Shown piece after piece: positions 10,790 through 23,995 of a DNA stretch of 64,000 nt. The first letter of the stretch is position 1; every line of letters begins with the position of its first letter. Under the pieces are notes generated by a model. The model did not search any database. It was not told the origin of the DNA and saw only the letters and a list, made by a program, of their open reading frames with translations. The translations under genes were made by a program, and so were the position numbers. The stretch spans positions 58,094,001-58,158,000 of the forward strand of contig NC_042997.1 in the NCBI RefSeq assembly GCF_006345805.1. The letters run 5' to 3'. This stretch comes from Octopus sinensis. Lineage: Eukaryota.

Positions 10790-11070
10790 TAGTGGGAGAT
10801 GTGACAGCAAGAAAAGCATACATTCACTCTCTGCATGCAATTAGACTCGGAAAGTTCGTGAGGAACCATTGACCCAATTTGCTGACTTTTCCGATAGCAC
10901 ACAGGTCTCAATGAATGGTTGAATGACCAAATCCAAGCTTCTCTGCTAGTTCCTCAACAGTTACGATGAGATTTTGTTCCACAGGGTTTTCAGGATGTCT
11001 TGTCGAGTTCTACAGATCTTTCAGGATGAGGCTCGTCTTCTAGGCTGTTCCAATATAGCTTTGAAAAAAA
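10790..11070 (-). pseudogene. mariner transposase N-terminal fragment
   Basis: Frameshifted translation SLEDEPH...VEQNLIVTVEELAEKLGFGHSTIH...IGKVSKLGQWVPHELSE (WVPHEL motif). Confidence 0.8.
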
Positions 11071-11459
11071 TAGCTGTTAAAATCGAAATGCACTCTTCAA
11101 AACTTGCACTATGAATAAGGACAAGAAAAATTACTACCTGCTTTTATAGCAAGTAATATAAGTAGTTTATCCCATTCCCCTCTGACTTTTAGTTCAAGCT
11201 GTTGAAAAAACCGCATTATTATATATAATACATACATACATACATATACACACACACTCTCTCTCTCACACACATGCACACATTTATATTCTGTTATTCT
11301 TTATATGTTTCAGCCTTGAGGTTGTGGCCATGCTGGATCATGTGTGTGTGTGTGTGTGTGTCTATCTGTCTGTCTGTCTGTATGTATATATGTATATGTA
11401 TGTGTGTGAACAATAATATTTTCAACAGATGTGTTGCAAATGTATCTGATTGTTCTCAA

Positions 11460-11556
11460 GCTTCAATACTGTGTGTGTGTGTTGTATGTGTGTGGTGTGT
11501 GTGTGTGTGTATGTATGTATGTATATGTATGTATGTATGTATGTGTGTATGTATGT

Positions 11557-11596
<40 letters not shown>

Positions 11597-11635
11597 ATGT
11601 ATGTATGTATGTATGTATGTATGTATGTATGTATG
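11460..11635. repeat. (TG)n/(TATG)n microsatellite
   Basis: Direct reading. Confidence 0.95.
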
Positions 11636-11766
11636 AGTGTTCCTCAAATCACTATCTCTGGCTATTTACTCTCTTCCAAGAACATTTTCACTCACACTTA
11701 TGTGTTAGCTTCCCATACATTTTACTCATGTATCATCAGTGTGATAGAGAGAAACAAATATTACAT

Positions 11767-12041
11767 CTAGTTTCACTTTATTTGTTGCCCACTGTGTGTG
11801 TGCGTTTGCGGTGTGGTGTAAACCAGACTAAGAAAAGCATTTGACACACACACCAGAATGTGAGTTTTCTGTAAATTTTGCTTAATTGGAGTTTAAATTT
11901 TAAAAACTGGACCTGGATGCGCGACGCGATGCATTGTACTCTTAAAATTGCTAGGTAAATTGTAATTGAAGAAATCCTATATTGTAGATTTGTATAACTC
12001 CCAAAGGGAGGCAGATAAAATCTGCCTTTTATAATAAGAGA
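11767..12041 (-). mobile_element. Possible non-autonomous Helitron (second family)
   Basis: A|TCTCTTATTATAAAA start and CTAG end; the 3' flank is A rather than T and no clear terminal hairpin is visible. Confidence 0.4.
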
Positions 12042-13254
12042 TATAACTTCTTTAGTGATGATATCATGGCATAAAGCACAAAGTACACTCCGTAAGGTTG
12101 TTGATAAGGAGAGCAACTAGCTGGAGAAATCAAACCACCAAAAATGAAATTTATGAGCTGGATTTAGACTTCCAGTCTTTCTAGAAGGATAATACTTCTG
12201 AATAAAAACTGATTTGAACCATGATTACCTGTCCAACTCCACTTTCATGGAAAATGGATGTCAAATGATGATGAAGGGGAGGATAAGGAGGAGGAAGAAA
12301 ATTATTGCAACAATAAATTTTGAATTTTCCCAGTACCCCTTCTTCCATCCCATCTTCTCCCTGCCCATGAACCCTTCTGGAAATACACCTCTGATACTCT
12401 GATATCTAACCGCTTTCTTTTTCTTTTTCTTACTCTTTGCTGTTTCTCTTCTTTTTTCTCTCCCTTAATTTCTCTTTTCTTTTTCTTTCTTTCTCACTTA
12501 CCATTTTTTTACATTTTCGTAATGAAAACACATCATCATCATCATCATTGTTTTAGCATTTATTTTATTCTTTATTACACAGAGGGGTTTGATGAGCTTG
12601 TATGTTTTAAGGGCGAAGAAACATTTTGGAAGTATAAAGTTAACTTTTCTAGCCAGGAATTGAAGCTAAGTCAGAGACTCAGCAAAGAATTTAACCACCT
12701 CACACCACTAAATATTGAATTAATGCTAAAATCTTAAGAATAAATTTTTGATCTGTTCTTAGAGAAGTCTATTGACAGAATTATTAAAGAAATCTTTCAA
12801 TATTATAAAACTCATCAAATGGAATAAAGAAAATAAATCAAGAACACTACGAATAAAATAAAATAAAACAAATTAAAGGGGAAAATGAAAGCTGGTATCA
12901 AAATAGATTTAACAGAATATTTTTCTTCAAATTTATTTTAATTTCTCAGGAAATCTTCAAAATTTCTGATTGAATAGAAATTTGATGTACTGTTATTTTC
13001 TTTCTCTTTCCCTCTACTTCTATCTCTCTCTTTTTAGCCTCTCGTGTGTCTGTGTGTGTGTGTGCATATACAGGTGCATACACACACACATACACAAATT
13101 CTCTCCCTTCTCTTGTATTTTGCCTTTCTGTTTTCTTTTTCTTCCTTTCATTTTTTCATTCTTTTGTATCTCTCTCTCTCTCCCTCTTTTTTTCCCTTTT
13201 TCCTTCTTTCCTCTTTCTCATTCATCTTAAGAATACCAATAAGAGTAAAAATAG

Positions 13255-13580
13255 CAGCAGCAGCAGCACCAATAATTAGGAGAGTAGAAGCATTGTACCA
13301 TTACCACCATCACCATCACCACCATCACTTATACCACTAGACAACCACCACCACCACAACCACGACGATGACGACGACGACGACCACCACCAGTGTCATT
13401 GCTGATACCACCACTGTTGCCCATTACTGCCATCACCATCACCATCACCACCACTGGTGTCACTATCTCTGCTACCGCCCACTACTGTTGCTGCTATCTC
13501 TCCTGCCATCATCACCATCACTACCACAGTCACCACCAGCTACTACTACTACTACTACTACTACTACAACTACTACTCTG
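13255..13580. repeat. Compound trinucleotide low-complexity tract (CAG/CAC/CAT/GAC/TAC)
   Basis: Direct reading. Confidence 0.85.
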
Positions 13581-14447
13581 GCATTGAGTATCAACAAGAA
13601 ATTCTATTTGAGTACAGACCAAAAGCGAGAAAGATGTAGAGAATAGTGAAGATGCTATGACTGAGGAAGAATATCAATTTAGAAACTACAGAACAATTCA
13701 TGACAAAAAAAAAAGAAAAGAAAAAAATCATCTGCCACAGGAAATAATTACAGAACCTATATTTTGAGATGAAAATACACAGAATACAAAAATAAAATCC
13801 TTTCCTGAAAATACTTATTTAGAGGTAAAAAATTAAAAATTAGACAAATATTTCACAAAATTTCTATATTGATGACCATTCCATACGAACAGTGACCTCA
13901 AAATACTGAAAGGATGTGAAACAGCTTTGAGCAGAACAGAAACATTGAAGTTATTGAAAATCAACTGGGAAGGAAAGGGAAATGGAATGTTGTGATGTTC
14001 ATACTGTAGTCATTGATAGTGATGATTATGATGATTATGATGATGATGATGATGATAGTGGTGGTGGTGGGGATGGTAACAAATATGTTGTGATGTTTTT
14101 CTTTTGTTTGACTGTTTGCTGGTTTGTTTTTTTAATCTCTACTTTTTTTCCATGCTGGCATGGGTTGGACAAGGATGTGTTGCAAGTAGGACTTTATGGC
14201 CAGATGCTCTTCCTATCACCTACCCGTAACAGTTTTTCAATTAAAGGATATTTTTTTTTGTTTTTATTCCACAAGTTTTTTTGAAAGATCAGAGTTACAG
14301 GTCATAGTGCCAAAAAGAAATCTTAAACATCATTCAGTGTTTTGCTCAGACAACATTATGAGATGTCAGCAGTCATGTACTTTTGCATACACACACATAC
14401 TTACATGAACATAAGCACACACACAGACACAGTGCATGCACACACAC

Positions 14448-14487
<40 letters not shown>

Positions 14488-15249
14488 CATATACTCAATG
14501 GGCTTCCTGTAACTTCCATCTACCAGATTTCCTCACAAGACATTGGTTGGCTTACAGTTATGTTACAAGTCATTTGCTCAAGGTGCTATGCAATAGAACT
14601 TAGGCCAAAACCGAGTGGTTGTCAAGTGAACTTCTTAACTACACAATCATGCCTAGCATAAATGATGTGATGGGAATAGGCTTTAATTGGGAATTAAAAT
14701 CATATTCAAATTAATCAAGACTTTGGGGAGGATATGAGCTGAGCATGGCAAGTTAACTAAATGCTTGTAAATAAAAAAAATTTAAATTCATTCCATACAA
14801 GAACATTATCCAGGTGTCTGTATAGTAAATTATTGAACTTCTTATTCTACTCATTTGTTATCAGAGAAACTTACCCCCCAAAACGAGTAACAGTTTGATT
14901 TCTAGTAAGGGCCGACCTTACTGTCATTAGCATATTGGACATATAGCAGGAATATTGGCAGAGTCTAAAACATCAATTCACTGTCTAGGAATCAAACTTG
15001 AATCACTGACAAGGTTTGGTGATGCCAACAAGTGACCAAGCCATTCAAATTTATGATAAGCACACTAAGAATTTGTTTCTATTTTATTAGTAGCTAGTTT
15101 GACCAGTGAAAAGAAAAAAAGAACAATAGAACTAACAGATGTTTAACTCATATGAAATCCATTTGTTGTAAACAAGCATCCTTTTGAACAAACAGCATAT
15201 TGAAATCTCATTAAACATTTCTTCTTTGATGCCTTTTCTTTGTCGGATA

Positions 15250-17900
15250 TTGGCCATATATAGATGGTGCACCTACTAGCTTGTAAGTGATCATGGCACA
15301 GTTTAAGACAGCTTGCTGCAGGAATTTATACTACTCAACTTTGGTTATGGAATGTGATAACAACAATTGTAGTTGTATGCAGTCAAGACCAATGGCTGCA
15401 GGAATTTATGCCACTCAACTTTGGCTACAGAATTCAACAACTTTTGTTCACTCAACAACAGCTATTGTCATTTGTAACACATGTCTCACATGAATTGCTT
15501 CACATGATGTAAATATTTCTTCTCTGTTGTTTGTCATGACAACATTTTTTGTTAACGATAATAAATATTTTGCATTTGGAACTTCGCACAAACTATTGTT
15601 ATTCCATCTATCAATCAATCCAAAATATTCTATTGTTATTGATATAATAACGATAAGCGACAATTGGATGCTTGCTGGGCACTGGAATACTCTATAAAGC
15701 AGTTGCACCTCAATTGGCTTTCTTATATGCAAGCATGCTGTCTGGTTTGATGAAAATGATGTAAAGATAGAACAGCTGCTTTCTGAAAGGCAAAAGTACA
15801 TCTAGCTGTTCTCAATTGGATGGAGTGCACAGCAAGCAACCAGCTAAATTAAAGCTGTGAATACTTTGTTACAAAAAAACAAAGACAAAAAAAACAACAG
15901 CTGCATTTTAAAAACTTTTGATGATTTTTCACAATGTGAAGGCCCTCTATTCTAGTCTGAGATAATTATACACCCCTCAGAAAAGTGGTAGAATACCAAC
16001 GAGGTATAAGGATGACTCACATCCATTCATTAAGAAAAGTGTCATCCTGATGCACTGGTGGGAACATTTTAGTGACATACTAAACTGATCTTCAACAATT
16101 TCTAGTGAGGTTCTTGAATGTATTGAACAATTTTCAGAAGATACCAATTTAAATCTGCTGCTGAATATGGAGGAGCTGGTAACTACCATCAGCAAGGCAA
16201 AATGCAGGAAACCTCTTGTGTTGACAACATCCCAAGAGAAGTCTATAAGTATGGTGAGAAGGAATTGTGTAATAGACCTCCCCAATTTTTCAGAGAATGT
16301 TGGTAACTCAAGGATTCTCAAACATTTACAAATGAGATGGAGACTGACAGAACTTGAAATTACCAAAGAATTCCCTTTCTTTTAATTGCATGGAATATTT
16401 ATGCAAAAATTTTGCTCAGGCAGTTGCCAAAATATTCAAATAGATTCTTCCTAAAAGTCAAGATAGAGTTCATGTGTCTTGAAGCACCAATAATAATGAT
16501 TTCCATCTTGTAACAAATTCACTTTATACCATGTTCATTGACTTAGTGAAAGCTTTTAACAGAATGTGAAGAAAAGGTACAGACATAGCTGTGTGGTAAG
16601 AATCTTGCTTCCCGAGCACATGATTCCAGGTTCAGTTCCACTGCGGGGTACCTTGGGCAAATGTCTTCTACTATAGCCTTGGGCTGACCAAAGCCTTGTG
16701 AATGAATTTGGTTGATAGAAACTGAAAGAAGCCCATTGTACATGTATGTATATATATATACATACATACATACATACATACATGTATATATATAATATAT
16801 AAATATATATCTGTGTGTGTGTGTGTGTTTATGTCTGTGTTTGTTCTCCCATCACCACTTGATAATTGGTGTTGGTGTGTTTATGTTCCCATAACTTAGC
16901 AGTTCAGCAAAAGAGACTGATAGAATAAGTACTAGGCTTAAAATAAAAGTAAGTCCAGGGGTTGACTTGTTTGACCAAAACCCTTTAAAGTAGTGCTCCA
17001 GCATGGCTGCAGTCAAATGACTGAAACAAGTAAAAAATAAAAGAATAAAAAAAGCTCAAAAGATATGGTTTTCTGGACAAATTTGTGGAAATAGTCAAGC
17101 AGTTTTCCATGATGGTATGTCTGCTACAATCTTTTTTAAGAGTGACAACTCAGCTTCCTTTGAGCAAAGCAGGCTATATACACCTGTATTTGCATTTTCC
17201 TGGATGCTGTGCTTGAAAGGATAGCAAGTGAGCTCACAGGTAGTGTGAATATCTACTCAAGAATGGCTGTGAAGTTGTTGAACCCCTCTTGGATAAGACC
17301 TGCTAGGAAGTGCTGTGAGATGTGTATTCATAAATTTCTCTTTACTGAAGATTCAACGCCAGCGAGCCATATTTTGGAAGATATATACAGAAAATTACAC
17401 ATGAATTTGAATGTACATTGTTAGCTTTTGACCTCTCAATAAATGTAAAAATTACTGTTACTGAAACAAGAGTGCTGGAGCATAAAATTGTGAATTATCA
17501 TCAAGACTGAATTATCCTCTGTAAGTGTGATGAAAAGGATCATATATTTGGGCTGTACAATTTTTTTTGTCTGATGTCAACAGCTTGAATGTAAAGGTGG
17601 CTCACCATACATAGTCAGCAGCAGTCATCTTTTGGAAGATCAATGATCAAATGTGGAAGCAACAAAGCATAAAACTAAAAAAAATATTGAGTGTACTGAG
17701 TTCTAATATTACCTTTTTTGCTGTAATCTACTAAGACCTACACATTGTGTTGTCAACATCAAAAATCTGATGAGCTGCCTGTTATGTGAGCTTTGATCTA
17801 TAATGAACATTTCCTGACAAGACTACATCTCCAACCAGTAAGCCCTGCAGTATGCAAGTATCTTTTTCTGCCGGCAGGTTATACTTGATTGCAAGTGACA
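15250..17900 (+). mobile_element. Old BovB-like RTE LINE, interrupted by a SINE
   Basis: Decayed peptides KHAVWFDENDVKIEQLLSERQK, MEELVTTISKAKCRK, YGFLDKFVEIVKQ..HDGM and LFTED (for LFADD). Confidence 0.75.
16578..17045 (+). mobile_element. Full-length tRNA-derived SINE with internal microsatellite
   Basis: Head, (TA/CATA/TG)n middle and gactgaaacaagtaaaa tail. Confidence 0.85.
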
Positions 17901-18059
17901 ACCAAAAATATCTGATTCTCTTAGAATAATTTTCAACAAGTAAAATGAAGAGTTTGAACATACAGAATAGTAACTTTAAGTCTTTTGCTAGTTACTCTTG
18001 GTATATATCCATATATGTAAAACCCTGATATCCACACCAGTAGCTTCTCTGGGAGCTTT

Positions 18060-18460
18060 CTATTTTGCATCCAACCTGAGACCGGCCTTGAAGTGCAGAC
18101 TCATCTTCCCCGAGGAGGTAGTAGTAACATCACTCTGACCAGACATGTTCCTGCCCCCTAGTGGTGCAAAAAACAATCATTATGTTTGAACTTACAGTGC
18201 TTGGAAAACAGATTTAACATTTTTAAAGGTTAAAGAAGATCAAATATCAGGACTTGGTCAATGAAGTCCTTATTAAGAGATAGCATTCAGCCTCATTCCC
18301 TATTGGAGTTCGCGCCTGTGATTTTATAGCTTGGTCGGTGCAGTATTTCCTGCAGAAGATTAGTCTGGAGCCCAAACAACAGAAGAAAGCCAGCAAGGCA
18401 ATAGATATGGCAGCTGAAACCAACTCAAGGTGACAGTGGTTGATAAGAGACCACAGGTGT
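18060..18460 (+). mobile_element. HERO/NeSL-group non-LTR retrotransposon 3' fragment (restriction-like endonuclease)
   Basis: RLIFPEEVVVTSL*PDMF..KTIIMFELTV...KYQDLV...FPIGVRACDFIAWSVQYFLQKISLEPKQQKKASKAIDMAAETNSR*QWL resembles the RPD..ELTVPW..FPVEVGCRGF..AAEKASRWLW RLE C-terminus. Confidence 0.75.
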
Positions 18461-18779
18461 ATCCCTTCCAAATGTGCAGACTAATTCATTCCTTGTTGCC
18501 TCACCCAAGCAAAGTGTACAGGCTAAGGGGTGAAATGCTTGTGATCCTGAGATACCTCGAGATGATACCGATTGGTTTCCCATATTACAAAGGATTCAGA
18601 AGAAGAGCTTGCAATGTCTCTGAGTTGTGCTTACAGTTCTAGCATAGAGCAAAGCATCTCCAATGTTTATATCACCTTATTTCATTAACAGAAGCCACAA
18701 AGAAACATTAATTATAAAAAGATTGCTATTTGGAGAGAGTTGTGTTAATCCGTAAATAGTGTAGTAATGGTTTAAGAAA

Positions 18780-19210
18780 TTTCACTATGGAGATGAGAAC
18801 CTTCTGAATAAACCACATGAGAAACCAAAGTTTGCTATAAACAAAGAAAAGTTGAGAGAGCTGGTGAAAAGAGATTCTTGAGCAACAGTTTAACAACTTG
18901 AAGTAGACTTGAAAGCATATACTATGATTTTACTACCATTTGTATGACATTGAAAAAGAAGACAAGTTGGATAAATAATTCCACACGAACTGACTGACAA
19001 TCAGAAATTGCTTAATACAGCTAATCTACTGTAATAATGACCCTTTTTTCGCACCCTATCATTACTTTTGTAGAAGAATGTATATTGCTTGATAATAATA
19101 AACAATCTGGGCAATGGCTAGATGCAGGTGAAACTTTAAAAATTTCCTGAATTGATCGTTATACTTCACAAAATTTATGGTAACTGTGTTATGGTTTGCA
19201 ACAAGGGGGA
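18780..19210 (+). pseudogene. mariner transposase fragment
   Basis: Decayed GDENLLNKPH..KLRELVKRD..PHELTDNQK..NDPFF..QWLDAGE segments. Confidence 0.7.
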
Positions 19211-20017
19211 ATTAATCACTGCACACTCAATGCTATCAGGAAATTGAATGAATGTATAAATAAACTGAAATCCAGACAACTAAGATCAGTTAAAACTTGG
19301 AACTGCTTATGTAACTTAACATTCTTGACTCAAGAAGCCATAATTAAAACAATTTAGCTGTTCATAAACTCGAAAAAAGTGTAATTTTTTGAAAAAACAA
19401 AGATATCTAATTTAACATGTTGACAAAAATGAAAAAAAAAAAAATAATAGCACAATAGATCATGATAAAAAATACTGGAACGTTATTTTCATTAAATAAA
19501 TTTGATTCATTTTGTTTACTTTTTGGTAAAAAAACATTTAATGTATTATACCCTAATATGTGTGTGTGTGAATGTGTCATGTGCATGTATGTGTATGTAT
19601 GCATGTAAGTGTGTGTGCATGTGTGTGCTTGCGTGTGTGTGAGCATGTGCGTTTGTGTGTGTGTGTGTGTGTTGTGTGTGTGTATCTTTTTGCTTGTTTG
19701 TATCTTTTGCTGATGTATATAACTGAATGATGTAACCAGCAGCTATAAAATTGAAATACTGATGTTTTCAAAAATAATACACTGAGATATTTGCTCCACA
19801 CTGAGTTGTGACAGACTCCTTCTTCTCATTCTTACAGTCATAATTAAGGTGAACCAGTGAACCTAATATTTATCAAAACTAGTAAAAATAAATAAATAAA
19901 CAAGCACAAGAAGAAAATTCCTGCAGTAACTTTGAACTCCCAATCTACAAGCAGCAACTAATCTAACACTATATTTTTCATCTCTATCCTCCTTCACCAT
20001 ATGGAGAACACTGTTAT

Positions 20018-20214
20018 TTAACCCTTTCGTTACTGTATTTATTTTGAGATGCTCTGTGTTTCTTTCAATTACTTTAAATATATCAAAGAATTTAGTAAAA
20101 TAACCTAGTTATCATTCAGCTAGTGTTAGGAACATAAATTATGTAAGATTTTAATTCAAAACATATGAAACAAGACATTTATACTCAGAGCCAGAGCCGG
20201 TTAGAAAGGGTTAA
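20018..20214. mobile_element. piggyBac-type MITE
   Basis: TTAA-ccctttc ... gaaaggg-TTAA. Confidence 0.7.
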
Positions 20215-20802
20215 GTAACATTTACTTTAATAAACTAATAGCTGCGTGGTTAGAAGTTTGCTTCCTAACCACTTGGTTCTATGTTCAATCCCACTGTGTG
20301 GCACTTTGGGCAAATGTCTTCTATGATAGTCACCGGCTGACCAAAGCCTTCTGAGTGGATTTGGTAGACAGAAACTGGAAGAAGCCTGTCATCTACTATA
20401 ATAATACTCTTGTGTATTTCTCTGTCACAACATATGAATGAGAAAGGAAGGGGTGATGGCAAACTTGGTAGTGGGATAATGGAAGTTCTATGGTGAAAAA
20501 AAAATCAGTGTTTCAACTCTGCGTCAGTATATATGTGTGTGTGTATGTAAAAGGGAGTCATGTGAATGTTTGTGTGTGTGTGTGTGTGTGTGCAATGGAA
20601 GCGGGATGGTGAAAATTCAATGCTGAAAAGAAAAATCAAACCATGTTTCAACTCTGTGGGTATATGTGTGTGTGTGTACAAGGGAAGTATGTGAATGTTT
20701 GTATCTGTGATTATTATGTACCTTATTTTATACCTTATTTATATATATAAAATACTACAATTAGCTGTCAATTTTGACAGCATGGGGCCAGCTAGTATAT
20801 AT

Positions 20803-21032
20803 ATCTGTAAAATAATATGTGACAATTATTCGGTAACCAAGATAAAACTGAGTTTCGGATGCTGAGGTGAAAATCCACACCATCTCTTCGGTTATCTAGC
20901 CATCTCGGCATCCGAAACTCAGAGTTTTATCTTGGCTACCGAATAATTGTCACATATTATTTTACAGATAAATTTCCTCTATTTACATAATATTGAGGTC
21001 TCTTTCTTTTGTTATCTTACCGTTTTTACCAA
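20803..21032. mobile_element. Foldback hairpin element with one-sided tail
   Basis: About 60-bp arms at 20803-20862 and 20908-20969, a unique 3' tail and (TA)n flanks; homologue at 28547-28760. Confidence 0.7.
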
Positions 21033-21343
21033 TATATATATATATATAATGATAGTCTCTTGAGTCTGAGAGAGATAATTCTGCAATTTCTTGCTGAACA
21101 ACATGCACAATGATTTGTTTGTAGTGATCAAATGTATGAATTGCATATTACATCAGTCCCTCCTTCAAATCAACATTGCCTGTACAGGTGCACAGTAGGT
21201 CACACATCAGATGTTGAAGTGATCGCAGAGCAATGTACAATGAAATGTTTTGCTGATGAACACAACCACCTGCCTGGTCCAGGAATTGAACCCATGATCT
21301 CATGATTGCGAATGCAACACCTTAGCAATTTGGCCACATGCCC

Positions 21344-21386
<43 letters not shown>

Positions 21387-22343
21387 CACGCATGTATATA
21401 TATGTATGTGTACCTGTCTTTATGTTTGTGTTTGTCCCCCATCACCACTTGACAACTGCTGCTGGTTTGCTTACATCCCCACAACTTAGCAGTTCAGGCT
21501 TAAAAGAAAAAAGTACTGGGATTGACTTGTTGGATGAAACACATCAAAGCAATGCCCTGGCATTGCCACTGTCCAATGACTGAAACAAGTAAAAGAGAAA
21601 AGATAAAACATTAACTTCATCCTTATATAATCCTTTCTACTATAGGCATTAGGCCTGAAATTTGAAGAGGGGAATTAGTCAATTACATTGACACCAGTAC
21701 GCAACTGTACTTAATTTATTGACTCTGAAACGATGAAAGGCAAAGCTGACTTTGGCAGAATTTGAACTCAAAATGCAAAGATGTACAAAATACCGCTAAG
21801 CATTTTGCCCAGTGTGCTAACGATTTTGAAAAACAAAAAAAAGGCAAGGCTAATAATAAATAACAAGACGCAGGAGTGGCTGTGTGGCAGGTAGCTTGCT
21901 TACCAACCACATGGTTCTGGGTTCAGTCTCACTGCATGGCATCTTGGGCTGAAAAGCCAGTAGGCAGCACCAGGCTCCATTCTGATCTGGCAAGGTTTCT
22001 ACAGCTGGATGCCCTTCCTAACGCCAACTACCCGAAGAGTGTAGTGGGTGCTTTTTACATTCCACAGGCACAGGAGCCATTCAGGGCGGGAGTGGGCGCT
22101 GGCATCGACCTCATTCGGATGGTGCTTTTTATGTGCCACCAGCATGAGGAGTCAGTCAGGTGACACTGGCATTGACCCATGCATGAATGGCGCTTATTGT
22201 GTGTCAGAATATAAGTAAAAAAGAACGACCAGCAACAGTATAGCAGCAGTGGGCGAAATATGGCAAAGCATTTCATCTAGTGTGATAAAGATTCTGCCAG
22301 CTCACCGCCTTAACTTCATCCTAATATAATGATCAGCACAACA

Positions 22344-22666
22344 TGTTTGAATATTGTTCCTTCTCGAGCCATGTCTGGCTCATAAGGGCTGGTTTCCCAG
22401 TTTCCTTGCATATAGGTTCCCCACCTGGACGGGATGCTGGTCCGTCGCAGGTGAGCTGCAAGATGCAGGAGGAAAGAGTGAGAGAAAGTTGTAGCGAAAG
22501 AGTTAGCAGAAGTTCGCCATTACTTTCTGCCGGAGCTGCATGGAGCTTAGGTGTTTCTCTCATAAACACACACATTGCTTGGTCTGAGATTCGAACTCGT
22601 GATCCCTCGACTGCGAGTCCGCTGCTCTAACCACTAGGCCATGTGCCTCCACTTGTTTGAATATTG
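22344..22666 (-). mobile_element. tRNA-derived SINE with 13-bp target-site duplication
   Basis: A box TGGCCTAGTGG, B box GAGTTCGAATC; TSD tgtttgaatattg at 22344-22356 and 22654-22666. Confidence 0.88.
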
Positions 22667-23109
22667 ACAGGGCATAACTAAATGAACAGAGTTAACATAA
22701 TATAAACTTGAATACCAAAGTAAGAGCAAAAATGAGAATAGTATTAAAAGCTTGTTAGAATCAAGCTGGAGAGAAACTACATTTGCAATGCGAAGACTTA
22801 AAACTGGAGGAAAATAGATAGCAGAAGCTTTAGAAAGTGCTACACATCTGGGTAATGGTTGTTGTTGTTGTTATTAATGGTGTTGCTTTATTAAATTAAT
22901 GTAATTATGAATGTTATTTAATAAGAAAAAAAAAGAATAAATAACAAACAAAATTTAAAAAAAATTTCAAGTAAAGAAAGAAATGCAAAATGCAACAAAA
23001 TGACAAGCTTTCTCTCTCTCTCTCTCCCCCTCCCCTCCCCCTCCATCTCTCTGTCTCTCTCACTCACTCAAGTTTTTTATTTTTGTTGTGTTTATTCTAC
23101 ATATTTACT

Positions 23110-23995
23110 ACTGGCCTTGTTAATGATAGCAGCAATGATGATGGTGATGATGACAACACTGATGATGATGATGGGGGGCAGCAGCAATGATACTGTTGTT
23201 GTTGTTGGTGGTGATGATGATGACAACACTGCTGATGATCATGTCAATGATTTTGATGATGACGATGATGATAGTTGTGGTGGTGAATATGAGGGTGATT
23301 GTAGATAAGATTATTATGTAGATAATATTGATATATCATCATCATCGTCGTCATCATCATCATCATCGTCATCGTCATCATCGTTCTTGTTGATGTCATC
23401 ATTGTCACTATCATCATGATTGTCATTGTAGTTGTTATCATTACTATCAGCACCATCATCATCATCATCAACATCTCCACATCCTCTTTCATGATGGTCA
23501 CCAGCACTATAATTATTTCCATCTACATCATAATCAATTTCTCTTCTACCACCATCTCCTCCCACATCACATGAACAGTAACACTACCACCACTTGTACT
23601 ATATTCCAAGAGTAGCTGTTGCTTTCCTTCTCATTTGTAACATCTCCATTATCATCATTATCATCATCCTCACCACCACCACTACAACTGCTGCTGCTGC
23701 TGGTGCTGCTGCCACTGGCAGTGCAGCTGCCACCACCATTGCCATCATTACCATTGCCATTATTACAAGAGCTGCTACTGTTGCCAGCAGCAGCAGCAGC
23801 AGCAGCACCACCACCACCACTACCACCACCACCACCACCACCACCACCAGCACAATAAAAAATCATCATCATCATTATCACCATTACCGTCACCATCACC
23901 ATCATCACCACAACCACCACCACCACCATTATCAAAATCATCATCATCATCATCACCACTACCATCAATCCCCCACCCCCATCATCATCATCAAT
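23110..23995. repeat. Long compound trinucleotide tract (GAT/CAT/CAC/CAG)
   Basis: Direct reading; the GAT-rich part flips to CAT-rich near 23330. Confidence 0.9.

Noticed and set aside
11274-11844. ORFs such as CVCVCMYV
   Set aside because: Translations of TG/TATG microsatellites; the same applies to ORFs near 26.4, 34.5, 55.7, 59.7, 62.0 and 63.4 kb.
13600-13960. Acidic/basic frame SEKDVENSEDAMTEEEYQF..
   Set aside because: Interrupted by several stops, A-rich composition, no recognisable family.
22585-22650. tRNA gene
   Set aside because: A and B boxes are present but there is no complete cloverleaf, and it continues into a SINE body with a TSD.
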